64,000 nt of DNA from Candidatus Methanomethylicaceae archaeon GD_Cm_T35_P0_bin.15 (GCA_038801785.1 JAULTD010000001.1:289404-353403); one strand, 5' to 3'. Shown: positions 53,347-63,356, counted from the stretch's first letter. The notes: a model not told the origin generated them from the letters alone. Made by a program: numbers and translations.

Positions 53347-53371
53347 CTTTTTGATCTTTTTCTTCCCCTTT
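53269..53371. repeat. duplicated pilin 3' coding block plus terminator, copy B
   Basis: Identical by eye to 46515-46617. Confidence 0.9.
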
Positions 53372-53396
53372 CCTTTTTTCCCATTTTCCCATTTTT
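53347..53396 (+). terminator. T-rich putative terminator after pilin B
   Basis: ctttttgatctttttcttcccctttccttttttcccattttcccattttt follows the TAA. Confidence 0.4.
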
Positions 53397-53472
53397 GCAT
53401 CTGATGCATTTCAGTTGCCTAAAAATAGTAAGGGCCTGCCGGAAGCAGGCATTTTTCAGACTTGGGATGGCA

Positions 53473-54000
53473 TCATGGGGATACATATGCCTGAAGGGAC
53501 GGTACCAGCTTGCCGTTATGGATCTCGTTGCCGTCCGCGGATATGTCCAGAGTAATGCTAACCGATTCGCCGGGGTCCAGCACCAGCGGGCTGCTGAAGT
53601 GGACTTTCAGCCCGGTCTGGCTGCCGCTGGGTATCGTCAGGGGGACGGTCTCGTTGCCTATCACCGCTGTGGCGGCCGAGCTCATGAGGCGGATCTGTGA
53701 GTAGTTACCGGCGGGGATACTAAAGTTCCCGAGACTCTCGGCGGAGTTGACCAGCTGGAGCAGGTCTATAGTCGTCGTGTTGCCGCTGAGCGTTATCCAC
53801 GTTCCATTCCCGCTGCCTACGGCGCAGATCTCAATCCTGTCGAATGTGATGTATATGTGAGTCACGTTCTCGCTGTACCGCGGCGGGTCGGTGACGTAGA
53901 TCTTGACCGTTCCCATCGCGCTTACAGGCTGGCTCATCAGGGCGAACCCCGCCACTGCGAGCAGCGCTATCGCTCCCGCTATCACCAGTTTCGCGTTCAT
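53473..54000 (-). CDS. DUF4382-like secreted or anchored protein
   Basis: Signal/anchor MNAKLVIAGAIALLAVAGFALM. Then GTVKIYVTDPP...ITFDRIEI... and IRLMSS...GLKVHFSSPLVLDPGESVSITLD, as I recall for DUF4382. Confidence 0.55.
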   Translation of the reverse strand: MNAKLVIAGAIALLAVAGFALMSQPVSAMGTVKIYVTDPPRYSENVTHIYITFDRIEICAVGSGNGTWITLSGNTTTIDLLQLVNSAESLGNFSIPAGNYSQIRLMSSAATAVIGNETVPLTIPSGSQTGLKVHFSSPLVLDPGESVSITLDISADGNEIHNGKLVPSLQAYVSP

Positions 54001-54181
54001 ACCTGATCGGCCACCGGGTATCCGGTCTAGCGTTATTTAGAGGTAGTGGAGTTCAAAAATTCGAACTTGCCGCAAGCGCTTGAGGGGCACCATGCGGCAT
54101 GATGTTCAGTTGTCCCCCTGCCGGCGATAGATGGAAAGGGCAAAAGAAAGAAAGGGGTTGCCGAGACCGGCTGCCCGTTCC

Positions 54182-56389
54182 TTACATGGAGAGGAAGTCC
54201 TGCGGCTTCGGCGGCTCTGGCGAGAGGCCCTTCCGCTCGCGTATCTTCCTCACGGTGTCGCCTACCATGCTCGACGGGACAGGCGCCCAGTGGGCGAACT
54301 CTGTGCCCCAGAAGGCCTTGCCCGCGGTGGCGCTCCTCAGCTGGTCGGAGAGATCGAACGTCTCCGAGACAGGCAGTTCGGCCACCATATGCATCACCTG
54401 GCCCATCTGGTCCAGGGTGATGATCTTGCCGCGCTTGCCCGCGACGATCCTGGTTACCCCGCCCAGAAAGTCCTGCGGGACCTTCATGTCGAGCTTCATG
54501 ATCGGCTCGAGGAGGATGGGGTTGCCCGAGAGGAAGCCCGCAAACATCGTGTCGCGTATGGCCGGCATGATCTGAGACGGCCCTCTGTGTGCGGTGTCCT
54601 CGTGGACGTTGGCATCGGTCAGCTTCACCTTGATCCCCCTGACTGGCTCCCTCGCGAGCGGGCCCTCCGCCATGTTTATCCGGAATGCCTGCAGTATGGT
54701 GTCCTTGATCTCCCGTATATACTGGAGACCCTTTGTGGCGTCGACGAAGACGTTTATGAAGGGATCGACCGCCCAGATGTTCCGAGCCTCGTCCGTATCC
54801 CACCCCGCCTGTTCCCTCAGGAGCTTTGCGCGCTCTTTCGTGTCCTGATCCTCGTGCACTAGCCCCTGCTGGATGAGGTTGACCGTCTGCTCGTTGAGCG
54901 GCTCGACTATGGCGTAGAGCCGGTTGTGCTTGTTGGGGGACTTGCCCTCGAACGGCCCTGCCTGCTTGGTTATGCTCTCCCTGTAGACCACGATCGGCGG
55001 GGTGGTCGTGATCTCTATGCCCCCTGTCCTCTGCTTGAGGTCCCAGAGCGCGATCTCGAGGTGGAGGCTCCCCATGCCCGCGATCAGGTACTCTCCGGTC
55101 TCCTGGTTGATCTTCACGGAGAGGGTCGGGTCCTCGATCGCCATCTTGTGGAGGGCGTCGATGAGCTTCGGGAGGTCCCTGCTGTATTTCGGCTCTATCG
55201 CCACCGTGACGACTGGGTCGCTGATGTACTTCATCTTCTCGAAGGGCGCCATGTTCTCCTTGTCGGCCGGCCGGACCAGAGTCTCACCCGACCGGGCGTT
55301 CTCGAGTCCCAGGAGGGCAACGATGTTGCCGGCGGCCATCTCGGGGCAGATCTCGCGGTAGGGGCCCATGTAGAGGCTCACCTGCTGTGTCCTTCCCTCC
55401 CCCTTGGACATCAGCCCGAAGACGCTCTCGCCTTCGTGAACCGTACCGGAGAAGATCCTGCCGGTGACGACAGGACCGGCGTGCGGGTCGACGATGACCT
55501 TGTTGACGCAGATCACGAGCGGACCTTTCTCGTCGCAGTTGAGCATAGCCTGGCCTATCGGCGTGTTGATGTCCCCCTTCCAGATCTTCGGGATCCTATA
55601 CTTCTGGGCCTCGACGGGGTTCGGTATGTGGTCAACCACCATGTCCAAGATCGCTATGTGGAGCGGGAACTCTTTCTGCAGCTTCTCGATCTCGCCCTTG
55701 TTGTAGACGTCGATGATGTCGGAGAACTTCATCCCTTTCGACTGGATGAGCTGGAAGGTAAATCCCCACTTGTGGAGGGCCGAGCCGAAGGCCACCTGGC
55801 CCTTCATCGGGTTAACCTTCCACTTCTCCTTGAACTCATCGTCAGCGTAGGTCTGTATGAGGCTGTTAAAGTCACGGATGATCTTCATCAGCCTCTCTTG
55901 GACCTCCTGCGGGGGGAGTCTGAGCTCCTTGATCAGCCGGTCGATCTTGTTGACGTAGAGGAGCGGCCGGACCTTCTCTTCCATAGCCTGCCTCAGGACG
56001 GTCTCGGTCTGGGTCATCAGCCCTTCCACGCTGTCCACGACGACGATACCACCGTCCATTACCCGCAGGGAGCGGGTGACGTGGCCTGTAAAGTCGACGT
56101 GTCCGGGGGTGTCGACCAGGTTGATCACATAGTTCTGGTTGTTCCTCTCGTGCAGGAGGCTGACGTTCGCAGCCTTGACGGTCATCTGCCTCAGCTGCTC
56201 GATCTCGACGTAATCAAGCGCGAGGGCCTGGGCCGCGATCTTCTGCGAGATCAGCCCTGCCCCTGCTAGCAGGCTGTCCGAGAGGGTAGTCTTGCCGTGG
56301 TCGACGTGGGCAAGAGTACCTATGTTCCGGATGTTCGCCTTGTTACTCATCAGTTTGATTATCTCTTCAGTCTGTTTGTACTTCGGCAA
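54182..56389 (-). CDS. fusA: translation elongation factor 2 (aEF-2)
   Basis: 735 aa. G1 AHVDHGKTT, G3 DTPGHVDF, and the diphthamide-region HEDTAHRG. Confidence 0.95.
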   Translation of the reverse strand: MPKYKQTEEIIKLMSNKANIRNIGTLAHVDHGKTTLSDSLLAGAGLISQKIAAQALALDYVEIEQLRQMTVKAANVSLLHERNNQNYVINLVDTPGHVDFTGHVTRSLRVMDGGIVVVDSVEGLMTQTETVLRQAMEEKVRPLLYVNKIDRLIKELRLPPQEVQERLMKIIRDFNSLIQTYADDEFKEKWKVNPMKGQVAFGSALHKWGFTFQLIQSKGMKFSDIIDVYNKGEIEKLQKEFPLHIAILDMVVDHIPNPVEAQKYRIPKIWKGDINTPIGQAMLNCDEKGPLVICVNKVIVDPHAGPVVTGRIFSGTVHEGESVFGLMSKGEGRTQQVSLYMGPYREICPEMAAGNIVALLGLENARSGETLVRPADKENMAPFEKMKYISDPVVTVAIEPKYSRDLPKLIDALHKMAIEDPTLSVKINQETGEYLIAGMGSLHLEIALWDLKQRTGGIEITTTPPIVVYRESITKQAGPFEGKSPNKHNRLYAIVEPLNEQTVNLIQQGLVHEDQDTKERAKLLREQAGWDTDEARNIWAVDPFINVFVDATKGLQYIREIKDTILQAFRINMAEGPLAREPVRGIKVKLTDANVHEDTAHRGPSQIMPAIRDTMFAGFLSGNPILLEPIMKLDMKVPQDFLGGVTRIVAGKRGKIITLDQMGQVMHMVAELPVSETFDLSDQLRSATAGKAFWGTEFAHWAPVPSSMVGDTVRKIRERKGLSPEPPKPQDFLSM

Positions 56390-56537
56390 CTTCCTACGCC
56401 TCGCTGGATATTAAGGCGAAAGACTGCGAGGTTATTAAGTTTTTTCAATGCGGGGCCACCGCTGCGGGTCGTAGGGTAGGGGGCACGGTCCGCAGACGGC
56501 GGTGGGGATAGGGCAGGGCCCAGAAAAGAGGGGGGAG

Positions 56538-57149
56538 TTACTCGATCGTCGCGTGCCTCCGCTTCAGGTCCATCTCAGTCTTCCCCAGGCGCTTCATCAG
56601 CTCTGCGACGAGGCTGTCAAGGAAGACGTTGAGCGTTATCTCGAAGAGCGTGCCGAGCGGGGCGAGCGGCTCGTGCTCACCGAGGATCTGCCGGACTGCA
56701 TAGTCGTCCTCCGTGACCAGCTTAGTCCTGCCGGGGATTACGACTGTGTGGTCGGCGAGCTTGGCGAGCGGCGAGTCCCTGTGGGAGCTTATCGCCAGGA
56801 CCTTCGCCCGCATCTCCTTAGCGGCCACCGAGGCGCTGACCACAAGCTTGGTGCTGCCCGAACCGGAGATGGAGAGTATGAGGTCGCCCTCGCCGACCGC
56901 CGGCGTGATCGTCTCGCCGAAGACGTAGACGTTGAAGCCGAGGTGCATGAGGCGCATGGCGAAGGCCCTCCCGGCCAGGCCGGACCTCCCGGCGCCGATG
57001 ACGAGAACCTTGCGGGAGTCCTTCAGGTTCTCGAGCAACATCTCGATGCCCTTCTCGACCGATTCGTCGTTTATGACCTTTGACGCATAGAGGACGTAGT
57101 TAGCCATTTCCTGCATTATCCTTTTGACCAAGCTCCCTTCGGTGGACAT
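56538..57149 (-). CDS. hxlB: 6-phospho-3-hexuloisomerase (SIS domain)
   Basis: VLVIGAGRSGLAGRAFAMRLMHLGFNVYV...ILSISGSGST is PHI-like. Start taken at the ATG at 57149; the upstream part of the track ORF overlaps ecfT. Confidence 0.75.
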   Translation of the reverse strand: MSTEGSLVKRIMQEMANYVLYASKVINDESVEKGIEMLLENLKDSRKVLVIGAGRSGLAGRAFAMRLMHLGFNVYVFGETITPAVGEGDLILSISGSGSTKLVVSASVAAKEMRAKVLAISSHRDSPLAKLADHTVVIPGRTKLVTEDDYAVRQILGEHEPLAPLGTLFEITLNVFLDSLVAELMKRLGKTEMDLKRRHATIE

Positions 57150-57241
57150 ACAGCATCGAATCTGTGCGGAGACCAAGTGAGATTTAACCTCTTCGGCGAA
57201 GCGCGCCCAGATCCGGCGGGCGGGCCGGGGCTTACCTAGTG

Positions 57242-58000
57242 CTAAGGCACCCCCAGCACGAACCTCAGGGAGAGGATGAGGAGGAACGAGACCACGGTCA
57301 CGGCTATGAAGGCGTAATCCCCGCCCCTGAGTGTGAGGACGTAGAGCGGGCACCTCTTCTTGCTGGCGCCGAAAGCCCTTGACTCCATGGCATCGGCGAC
57401 CAGTTCGGCCCTCCTGAACGAGCTGATTATCAGGGGGATGAGGATGGGCACGTAGTTCTTAACGCGCTGGATGAGGCTGCCTTTCTCGAGCTCCAGCCCC
57501 CTGGACCTCTGGGCATCGATGATGATCTGCGCCTCCCTGCTCAGGGTCGGCACGAACCGCATAGCCATGTTGAAGGTGAGGGCATAGTCGTACGGGACCC
57601 TGAGCTGTACCATCGACTGCGCCAGGTCCTCGGGGGAGGTGGTGAGGAAGAATGCCGAGAAGACTGAGATCAGCGTTATGAACCGGAGGGACATCGAGAT
57701 GCCGGAGAGCGCCGCGTCCAGGAGGGGGTAGGACATAAAGATCATGGCGATGAAGTTGAAGGTGAATATGAAGACTATGAAGAAGAGTGAGCCCCTGATA
57801 GAGCGGGACCATCTGTCCGAGACCTTGCCCAGGGCGACAAGGGGGAGCGATGATGCGAAGATCAGGAGGAGGACGAGGAGGTTCGCGAAGTAGACTGCCA
57901 GTGCCGCGAAGAGGAGAACGTAGATCATCTTCGACCTGGGGTCGAGCCTGTGGACGGCCGAGGTCCCCCGCCTGTACCCGAAGCCCTGGAGGGTCTTCAC
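57242..58000 (-). CDS. ecfT: ECF transporter transmembrane component EcfT (CbiQ family)
   Basis: Multi-TM protein with a conserved ARG...R motif region (IIIDAQRSRGLE). Follows two ABC ATPase genes. Confidence 0.8.
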   Translation of the reverse strand: MKTLQGFGYRRGTSAVHRLDPRSKMIYVLLFAALAVYFANLLVLLLIFASSLPLVALGKVSDRWSRSIRGSLFFIVFIFTFNFIAMIFMSYPLLDAALSGISMSLRFITLISVFSAFFLTTSPEDLAQSMVQLRVPYDYALTFNMAMRFVPTLSREAQIIIDAQRSRGLELEKGSLIQRVKNYVPILIPLIISSFRRAELVADAMESRAFGASKKRCPLYVLTLRGGDYAFIAVTVVSFLLILSLRFVLGVP

Positions 58001-58800
58001 CGCCTGGCACCCCTGACGGCGTTCACTACTGCCTCGAGGTCGATCGAGGGCTCGGCCAGGCCGAGTTCCCAGGAGATCTCGGCGAGTTGGGGAGGGAGGA
58101 GGGACGCGCTCTCCAGGTACGCCCGGTTCACGAGAAGGTCGGCGGACCGCCCGTCTGCCAGCACCTTCCCGCGGGACATTATGATGGTCCTCGGGATGAA
58201 CTCGGCAACGAACTCCATGTCGTGTGTGACCGTGATCACAGTCTTGCCGGAGTCGTTGAGCCTGGTGAGGAGGGAGGCCAGCCGGGACTTTTGCCTGCTG
58301 TCCTGCCCCGTGGTCGGCTCGTCCATGACGATGATCTGCGGGTCGTAGCAGAGGACGGACGCCAGGGCAAGGCGCTTCCTCTCCCCGCCGCTGAGCGTCA
58401 GGGGCGATCGGTTGCGGTACTCGCCGAGCTCAAACGCCTCCAGCGCCCACTCGACCCGCCTGGACGCCTCGCCAGCCGGCACGCCGAAGTTGGCGAGGGC
58501 GAAGGAGAGCTCCTTCTCGACGGTCTCGGCGAAGAGCTGGTGGTCGGGGTTCTGGAAGACGAGCCCCACCTTCCTTGCCAGCGTGGCGACGGTCGCCTCC
58601 CTGGTATCGGTGCCGTCGACGGTGACCGTGCCCCTCTGGGGCTTGAGCAGGCCGTTGAAGTGCTTCACGAGCGTCGTCTTGCCGGCGCCGTTCTCGCCTA
58701 TCAGGGCGACGAGTTCGCCGTCCCCTATGCTGAGGGAGACAGAGTCCAGCACCTGCCTCCCGGGCTCGTAGGCGTACGAGACGTCCCTGACAACGATCAC
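57997..58800 (-). CDS. ecfA: ECF transporter ATPase component (EcfA2/CbiO)
   Basis: Walker A GENGAGKTT, signature LSGGERKR, Walker B IIVMDEPT. 4-nt overlaps with both neighbours. Confidence 0.85.
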   Translation of the reverse strand: MIVVRDVSYAYEPGRQVLDSVSLSIGDGELVALIGENGAGKTTLVKHFNGLLKPQRGTVTVDGTDTREATVATLARKVGLVFQNPDHQLFAETVEKELSFALANFGVPAGEASRRVEWALEAFELGEYRNRSPLTLSGGERKRLALASVLCYDPQIIVMDEPTTGQDSRQKSRLASLLTRLNDSGKTVITVTHDMEFVAEFIPRTIIMSRGKVLADGRSADLLVNRAYLESASLLPPQLAEISWELGLAEPSIDLEAVVNAVRGARR

Positions 58801-59645
58801 GCGGCCTCACCCCGCCTCAGGGCGGAGGCCAGTTCCCTGGAGGAGAGCGGGCGGTCGCCAGGCAGGCCGCGCCCGAGCCTCTTCGCGACCACGATCGCCT
58901 TCGGTATGCCGACGCCTATCCTCTCGGCCAAGTCGGAGTAGAGGACTTCTCGGGGGCTGCCGTCCAGGGCTATCCTGCCGCAGTCGAGGATCATGCACCT
59001 GCTGGCTATCTCGGCGAGCATCTCGAGTCTGTGCTCTACAATAATTATCGTGACGCCCGAGGCGTTGAGGCGGCTCAGCACGGAGATGACGGACTTTGCG
59101 CTGACGGGGTCGAGGTTAGCGGTCGGCTCGTCTAGGACGAGGACCTTTGGCTTCATCGCCAGGAGGGCAGCGATCGCGACCTTCTGCTGCTCGCCGCCCG
59201 AGAGCTCCTCGGGGGATTTGTGCATCAGGTGCGAGATCCCCACCGTCGAGAGGGCCTCGCTGACCCTCCGCCTGATCTCCTCCCTCGGGAGGGCAAGGTT
59301 CTCCGGGCCGAAGGCGACCTCGCGCTCCACGCTCGTGCAGAAGAGTTCATTCTCGGGGTTCTGGAAGACCAGCCCAGCCCTCCGCGCTATCTCGTGGATC
59401 GGGCTGGAAGTGGTCGGGATGCCGTCGATGAGGACGTCTCCGGTGAAGCTCCCGCCGTATGAGTTCGGTATCAGCCCGTTCAGGCATTTGCAGAACGTCG
59501 TCTTCCCGCAGCCGCTCGGCCCAGTGACGAGTATGAACTCGCCCTCCTCGGCCGAGAAGCTCACATCAATAAGGCACGGCGAAGGCGAGTCGGGGTAGCT
59601 GTAGGACACGCCGCGTACCTCGATGAGCGCCAAGCCGATCACCAC
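58797..59645 (-). CDS. ecfA: ECF transporter ATPase component (EcfA1/CbiO)
   Basis: Walker A GPSGCGKTT, signature LSGGEQQKV, Walker B VLVLDEPT. Confidence 0.85.
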   Translation of the reverse strand: MVIGLALIEVRGVSYSYPDSPSPCLIDVSFSAEEGEFILVTGPSGCGKTTFCKCLNGLIPNSYGGSFTGDVLIDGIPTTSSPIHEIARRAGLVFQNPENELFCTSVEREVAFGPENLALPREEIRRRVSEALSTVGISHLMHKSPEELSGGEQQKVAIAALLAMKPKVLVLDEPTANLDPVSAKSVISVLSRLNASGVTIIIVEHRLEMLAEIASRCMILDCGRIALDGSPREVLYSDLAERIGVGIPKAIVVAKRLGRGLPGDRPLSSRELASALRRGEAA

Positions 59646-59698
59646 GCAGTACCAGAAGCAGTATTCAGGGAAGCCGAAGTTCTAATAAAGGTAGCTAC

Positions 59699-60706
59699 TC
59701 ATTTTTTGGTAGGTATCTCCCTGAGGGGACCGGTCTTCTCTGCGATCAGGGCGAGTGCGCGGGACTCGATCTCCTGGGCGTCGCCCTTCACGTTGACGCT
59801 CGCAGCGGTAGGGTGCCCTCCACCCTGTCCGGAGAAGGACTCTGCGAGCATCTTCATGACGTCCCGGGCCAGGTTCAGGCCGGTCTTCTTGGAGATGGCA
59901 TCGGTGGATCTGGCCGAGACCCTCACGGATCTGCCGTCGGCGCTGACCACGACGGCGACGTCGGCACCGAGGTCGGTCAGAGCCCTGGCGACTGACGCCT
60001 CATAGGAGCCTATGCCGGAGAGGGCGACCACCCAGTCGCCCGGCGCCCCCGACGACCGGAAGAGGCGGAGGCGGCTCGCCCCTTTCAGCTTTGCGATCCT
60101 CTCCGAGATGTCCTGTTCGGAGGTCAGCAGCTGCAACACCTTCGACGGGCTGGATCCTAGCCTGACCAGCCTAGCCGCTGTGCCGAGCGCGGTCTCGGGC
60201 AGGATTAGGAACCGCCTCGAGTCGTAGATGATGCCTGCAAGGAGGGCGTCGAGCGCCTTCCGGTCAAGGGAGCTGCGCCTGCTGCCGAGGGCCTCGAAGA
60301 CTATCTCGCAGGTCGAGGACCGCGCCTTGACTATCGAGAAGCTCGCGTTTTTCAATGTCTTCTCATCGGGGACGTGGTGATCGATAAGCGCATACGGCGT
60401 CCCTGCCTTCTCCATCTGGACCTTCAAAGCCGGCACCTGGTCGATGGAGGGCATATCGAGGAAGAGGTAGAGGTCGGTTGCCTCCGGCGGCGTCGGGACG
60501 ACACGAACACCCAGGTATTCGATCAGCTTAGAGGAGGCGGTGTTGGTCCCTTCGGGGGCGAGGATCGTGATTAGCGGCCCCCCGGCCTGCGACTCTGAAG
60601 CGGCGAGCAGGGCGTAGGCTGCGCCTATGCAGTCGGGGTCGGCGTTGGGGTGGCAGACGGCGGTCACCTTCCTGAAACGCGAGATAAAGTCGAGGAGCCT
60701 GGCCAA
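59699..60706 (-). CDS. DHH/DHHA1 family phosphoesterase (NrnA-like)
   Basis: Motifs CHPNADPDCIGAA, LIDHH and the DHHA1 motif GGGHPTAAS. Confidence 0.8.
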   Translation of the reverse strand: MARLLDFISRFRKVTAVCHPNADPDCIGAAYALLAASESQAGGPLITILAPEGTNTASSKLIEYLGVRVVPTPPEATDLYLFLDMPSIDQVPALKVQMEKAGTPYALIDHHVPDEKTLKNASFSIVKARSSTCEIVFEALGSRRSSLDRKALDALLAGIIYDSRRFLILPETALGTAARLVRLGSSPSKVLQLLTSEQDISERIAKLKGASRLRLFRSSGAPGDWVVALSGIGSYEASVARALTDLGADVAVVVSADGRSVRVSARSTDAISKKTGLNLARDVMKMLAESFSGQGGGHPTAASVNVKGDAQEIESRALALIAEKTGPLREIPTKK

Positions 60707-60707
60707 G

Positions 60708-60974
60708 CTAGACCCTCATCTTCGAGTCGATTGCGGAGAGGGCGGCATCGGAGGCCTCGTCGGCCAAGGCGTCCGCGTCCATGCCCGGCAGCGGCTCAAG
60801 CTCGATCGAGACGTCCACCGTGAAGGTGGCACCATCCTTGTCATAGGTGACAAGGACGTCAAGGGACTTTATGAGGCGCTTGTCGACCTTGGAGAGGACG
60901 TACTGCCGAGCGGCGGCCTCTGCGATCTCGCAGACCTCCGCCAGGGTATCGTCCGCGGTCATAAAATGCTTCAC
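60708..60974 (-). CDS. DUF3194-like small protein
   Basis: 88 aa. Conserved position downstream of prefoldin beta in archaeal exosome superoperons. The family assignment is from memory. Confidence 0.5.
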   Translation of the reverse strand: MKHFMTADDTLAEVCEIAEAAARQYVLSKVDKRLIKSLDVLVTYDKDGATFTVDVSIELEPLPGMDADALADEASDAALSAIDSKMRV

Positions 60975-61351
60975 GATCCGGGCAGCGGCCCTCTTCCCGC
61001 GAGGTTGACCTGCTCCATGATGGTCCGTCTCAGATCTTCGAGCTGCTGCTTCAGCCTCTGCTCCTGCCTCTCGATCGTCTTCATCCTGAGGTCGAGCTCC
61101 TCCTTCCGCTCGTTCAGCTCGGCCACGATCTTCCCCTTCTCGGTCTTGAAGAGCAGGATCCCCACAGACTTGTAGATGACGGCGTCATCTGCTAGGTTTT
61201 TGCTCTCGTTCAGGGCCCTCTCGACATCCTTGGTCTCGAGATCGAACTGCTGCTTTCTTATGAGGATGGCCCTGAGCTGCTCCTGCATCTCCTGGAACCG
61301 CACCAACTGGTTCTGTACTTGCGGCGGGATCTGTTCGGCCATTTTAATCAC
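60971..61351 (-). CDS. pfdB: prefoldin beta subunit
   Basis: Coiled-coil / hairpin / coiled-coil layout: QNQLVRFQEMQEQL...VIYKSVGILLFKTEK...LEDLRRTI. Confidence 0.85.
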   Translation of the reverse strand: MIKMAEQIPPQVQNQLVRFQEMQEQLRAILIRKQQFDLETKDVERALNESKNLADDAVIYKSVGILLFKTEKGKIVAELNERKEELDLRMKTIERQEQRLKQQLEDLRRTIMEQVNLAGRGPLPGS

Positions 61352-61652
61352 CCTTCAATGAAACAACACTTAAAGAAGTAGAGATCCACCTTATATAAGA
61401 GTTGAGTAGGGCCCTCAAGGCAGCGATGCTGATGGCCTCTATCTCCATGCAGAGGAGAGTGCCGTCCACATAGATCGCGGTCCTGGATGCCTTCGATCTT
61501 GCGGATTCGACTTCGGGGAGGAGGGCCTCTGCGAGCTTCTCTGCGGTCTCGCGGTCGCCTATCTCAAAGCATGTCTTTGAGGTTATCAGGGCCCACCGCC
61601 CCCTCCGAAACCTTCCCGTGTGCGTTGTGCTGCAGGTCCCTCTCCCCTGCAT
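61344..61652 (-). CDS. pcc1: KEOPS complex subunit Pcc1
   Basis: EIGDRETAEKLAEALLPE...LLCMEIEAISIAALRALLNSYIRWIS matches the Pcc1/CTAG pattern. The N-terminal ~20 residues of the ORF are doubtful. Confidence 0.7.
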   Translation of the reverse strand: MQGRGTCSTTHTGRFRRGRWALITSKTCFEIGDRETAEKLAEALLPEVESARSKASRTAIYVDGTLLCMEIEAISIAALRALLNSYIRWISTSLSVVSLKGD

Positions 61653-61710
61653 AGGTCTTTACCCGTTCTCATCCTCATCTGCATCCACATCTTCGCCGTC
61701 ATATTCACCG

Positions 61711-62250
61711 TCATCTGAAGCCCTTTACCATGATCCTCGGCCCGCACGGCGCGCCGCTGGCGCGCTCCATGAAGGACACCTCTGCCAGGCAGTTCTTGCT
61801 CGGCTCGAACCTGAGCTCGGCAACTCCGGCGTCCCTGCCCGTGTGGCCGCATTCCCGGGCGACACCCCCCGGCGGCCCGACTGCCAGACGGAATGCCCCG
61901 TAGACGGCCTGGAGGGATCGGTCTTCCGGGGGAATCAGCTCGAGCCTCCTCGCCCTCCTGCTTGCGGTGAACCCCCCGAGTTCCCGCATCAGGATCACGC
62001 GGCCGATAAGGATGGAGACGATGACACCCCCGCCGGGCTCGTAGCACTCTATCAGGCGGGGGTCCCCGTATCTGCTGCTGATGAGCCATACCCTCCCGGC
62101 GCCGATGCCGGCGGCATAAGCAGAGACGAGCGCCATGCATGACTTGCCCCTCTTGAGATAAGAGAAATCGGAGGATGCCGATACCAAGTCGTTGCAGAGC
62201 GTCCTAGTCCTCGGGCTCGGCCTGTGGGAGGTGCAGAGGAGGATGGTCAT
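61711..62250 (-). CDS. Brix domain ribosome biogenesis protein
   Basis: MTILLCTSHRPSPRTRTLCNDL... resembles archaeal Brix/Imp4-like proteins. Superoperon position. Confidence 0.7.
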   Translation of the reverse strand: MTILLCTSHRPSPRTRTLCNDLVSASSDFSYLKRGKSCMALVSAYAAGIGAGRVWLISSRYGDPRLIECYEPGGGVIVSILIGRVILMRELGGFTASRRARRLELIPPEDRSLQAVYGAFRLAVGPPGGVARECGHTGRDAGVAELRFEPSKNCLAEVSFMERASGAPCGPRIMVKGFR

Positions 62251-62269
62251 GATTGCATGACCATCCAGC

Positions 62270-62551
62270 CTACTTTCTTGCGCCCTTTTCTTCAGATTTG
62301 AACTCTTCTGGCGTGAGGGTCTTCCCCAGCGTCGTCTGGGCCACGTAGGCGCCGCCGGCGAACTTTAGGCCGCAGGCGCGGCACGTCCATATCCCTGCTG
62401 CGGACCTGCTGATAGTTCCTATGGACTTGCAGCTGGGGCACCGCTGCTTCTGGGAAGCTTTCTGCTCTATCACGAGCAGCCTCTTCCTCGGGCTGGAGCC
62501 GTATCTGGGTCCGAACCTTCCCGCCGATTTGACGGATCTAGTCTTACCCAT
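62270..62551 (-). CDS. rpl37ae: 50S ribosomal protein L37Ae (eL43)
   Basis: GRFGPRYG...CPSCKS...WTCRACGLKFAGGAY Zn-ribbon. Confidence 0.9.
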   Translation of the reverse strand: MGKTRSVKSAGRFGPRYGSSPRKRLLVIEQKASQKQRCPSCKSIGTISRSAAGIWTCRACGLKFAGGAYVAQTTLGKTLTPEEFKSEEKGARK

Positions 62552-63353
62552 CTGTCTTCACCAACGGAGGAACATATTTTCGCAGCCACTGGCTTTTAAC
62601 CTTAGCCGTCTCCACTGCCCGGGTTATCTCGTCGAAGGTCATACTGCCGGCCTCTCCCTTCTGCATTGCACAGATCTTTCCGTCTTCCGTGAAGTTGACG
62701 CTGAGCCTGCAGTCCATGACCTCCTCCTCCTCGAGGGTGGGATCGACGAAGAGCTTGTCCCCTATCTTAGCCAAGGTTACCGTGACCGGCCTGTCGCGGA
62801 GGGGGACCGGCTGCTTCTCGTCCAGTATCTTGATCTCGTCCCCTTCTACGACCGCCTTGGGCATGGTCGATGTCAGGAGGGCGCTCAGCGCTGCTAGCGC
62901 GGCAGCATCAATCAGGTTGCCGCCGTGATCGAGGATGTAGATGTCCACCCACGCGATCCAGACCTTCTTGCCCGGCACGAGGCAGAGCTTGGAGGTGTCC
63001 AATATCTTGGACTCCCTCAGCCCCCTATCCACGACTCGCGCCAGTTCGATCGCGTTCTCGTTCGGCGGACCCGGTTCGAAGTCCGGCGAGGCGATGGGTA
63101 CGAACTCGGCGCTGACCGAGAGGACACCGTCGTTAGGGGTGTCGGGGAACGGGTCGCCTATCTCGTACTTCACGCCCGCCAGGACCTGGGTCTTACCCAG
63201 GTTGCAGGTAGCAGAACCGTTGGCCTTCTCTATCACGCCAGTCTTGATAGTGATCTCGCGGTAATCGGTCAGGGACCTGCCGTCCATCCTCTGACCCGTC
63301 TCCGCCAGCTCGGCGATCTGCCTCCTCTTGACTACAGGTATTACGCGGGCCAT
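62544..63353 (-). CDS. rrp42: exosome complex component Rrp42
   Basis: RNase PH-like fold: RMDGRSLTDYREITIKTGVIEKANGSA... Follows Rrp41. Confidence 0.85.
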   Translation of the reverse strand: MARVIPVVKRRQIAELAETGQRMDGRSLTDYREITIKTGVIEKANGSATCNLGKTQVLAGVKYEIGDPFPDTPNDGVLSVSAEFVPIASPDFEPGPPNENAIELARVVDRGLRESKILDTSKLCLVPGKKVWIAWVDIYILDHGGNLIDAAALAALSALLTSTMPKAVVEGDEIKILDEKQPVPLRDRPVTVTLAKIGDKLFVDPTLEEEEVMDCRLSVNFTEDGKICAMQKGEAGSMTFDEITRAVETAKVKSQWLRKYVPPLVKTDG

Positions 63354-63356
63354 CTT

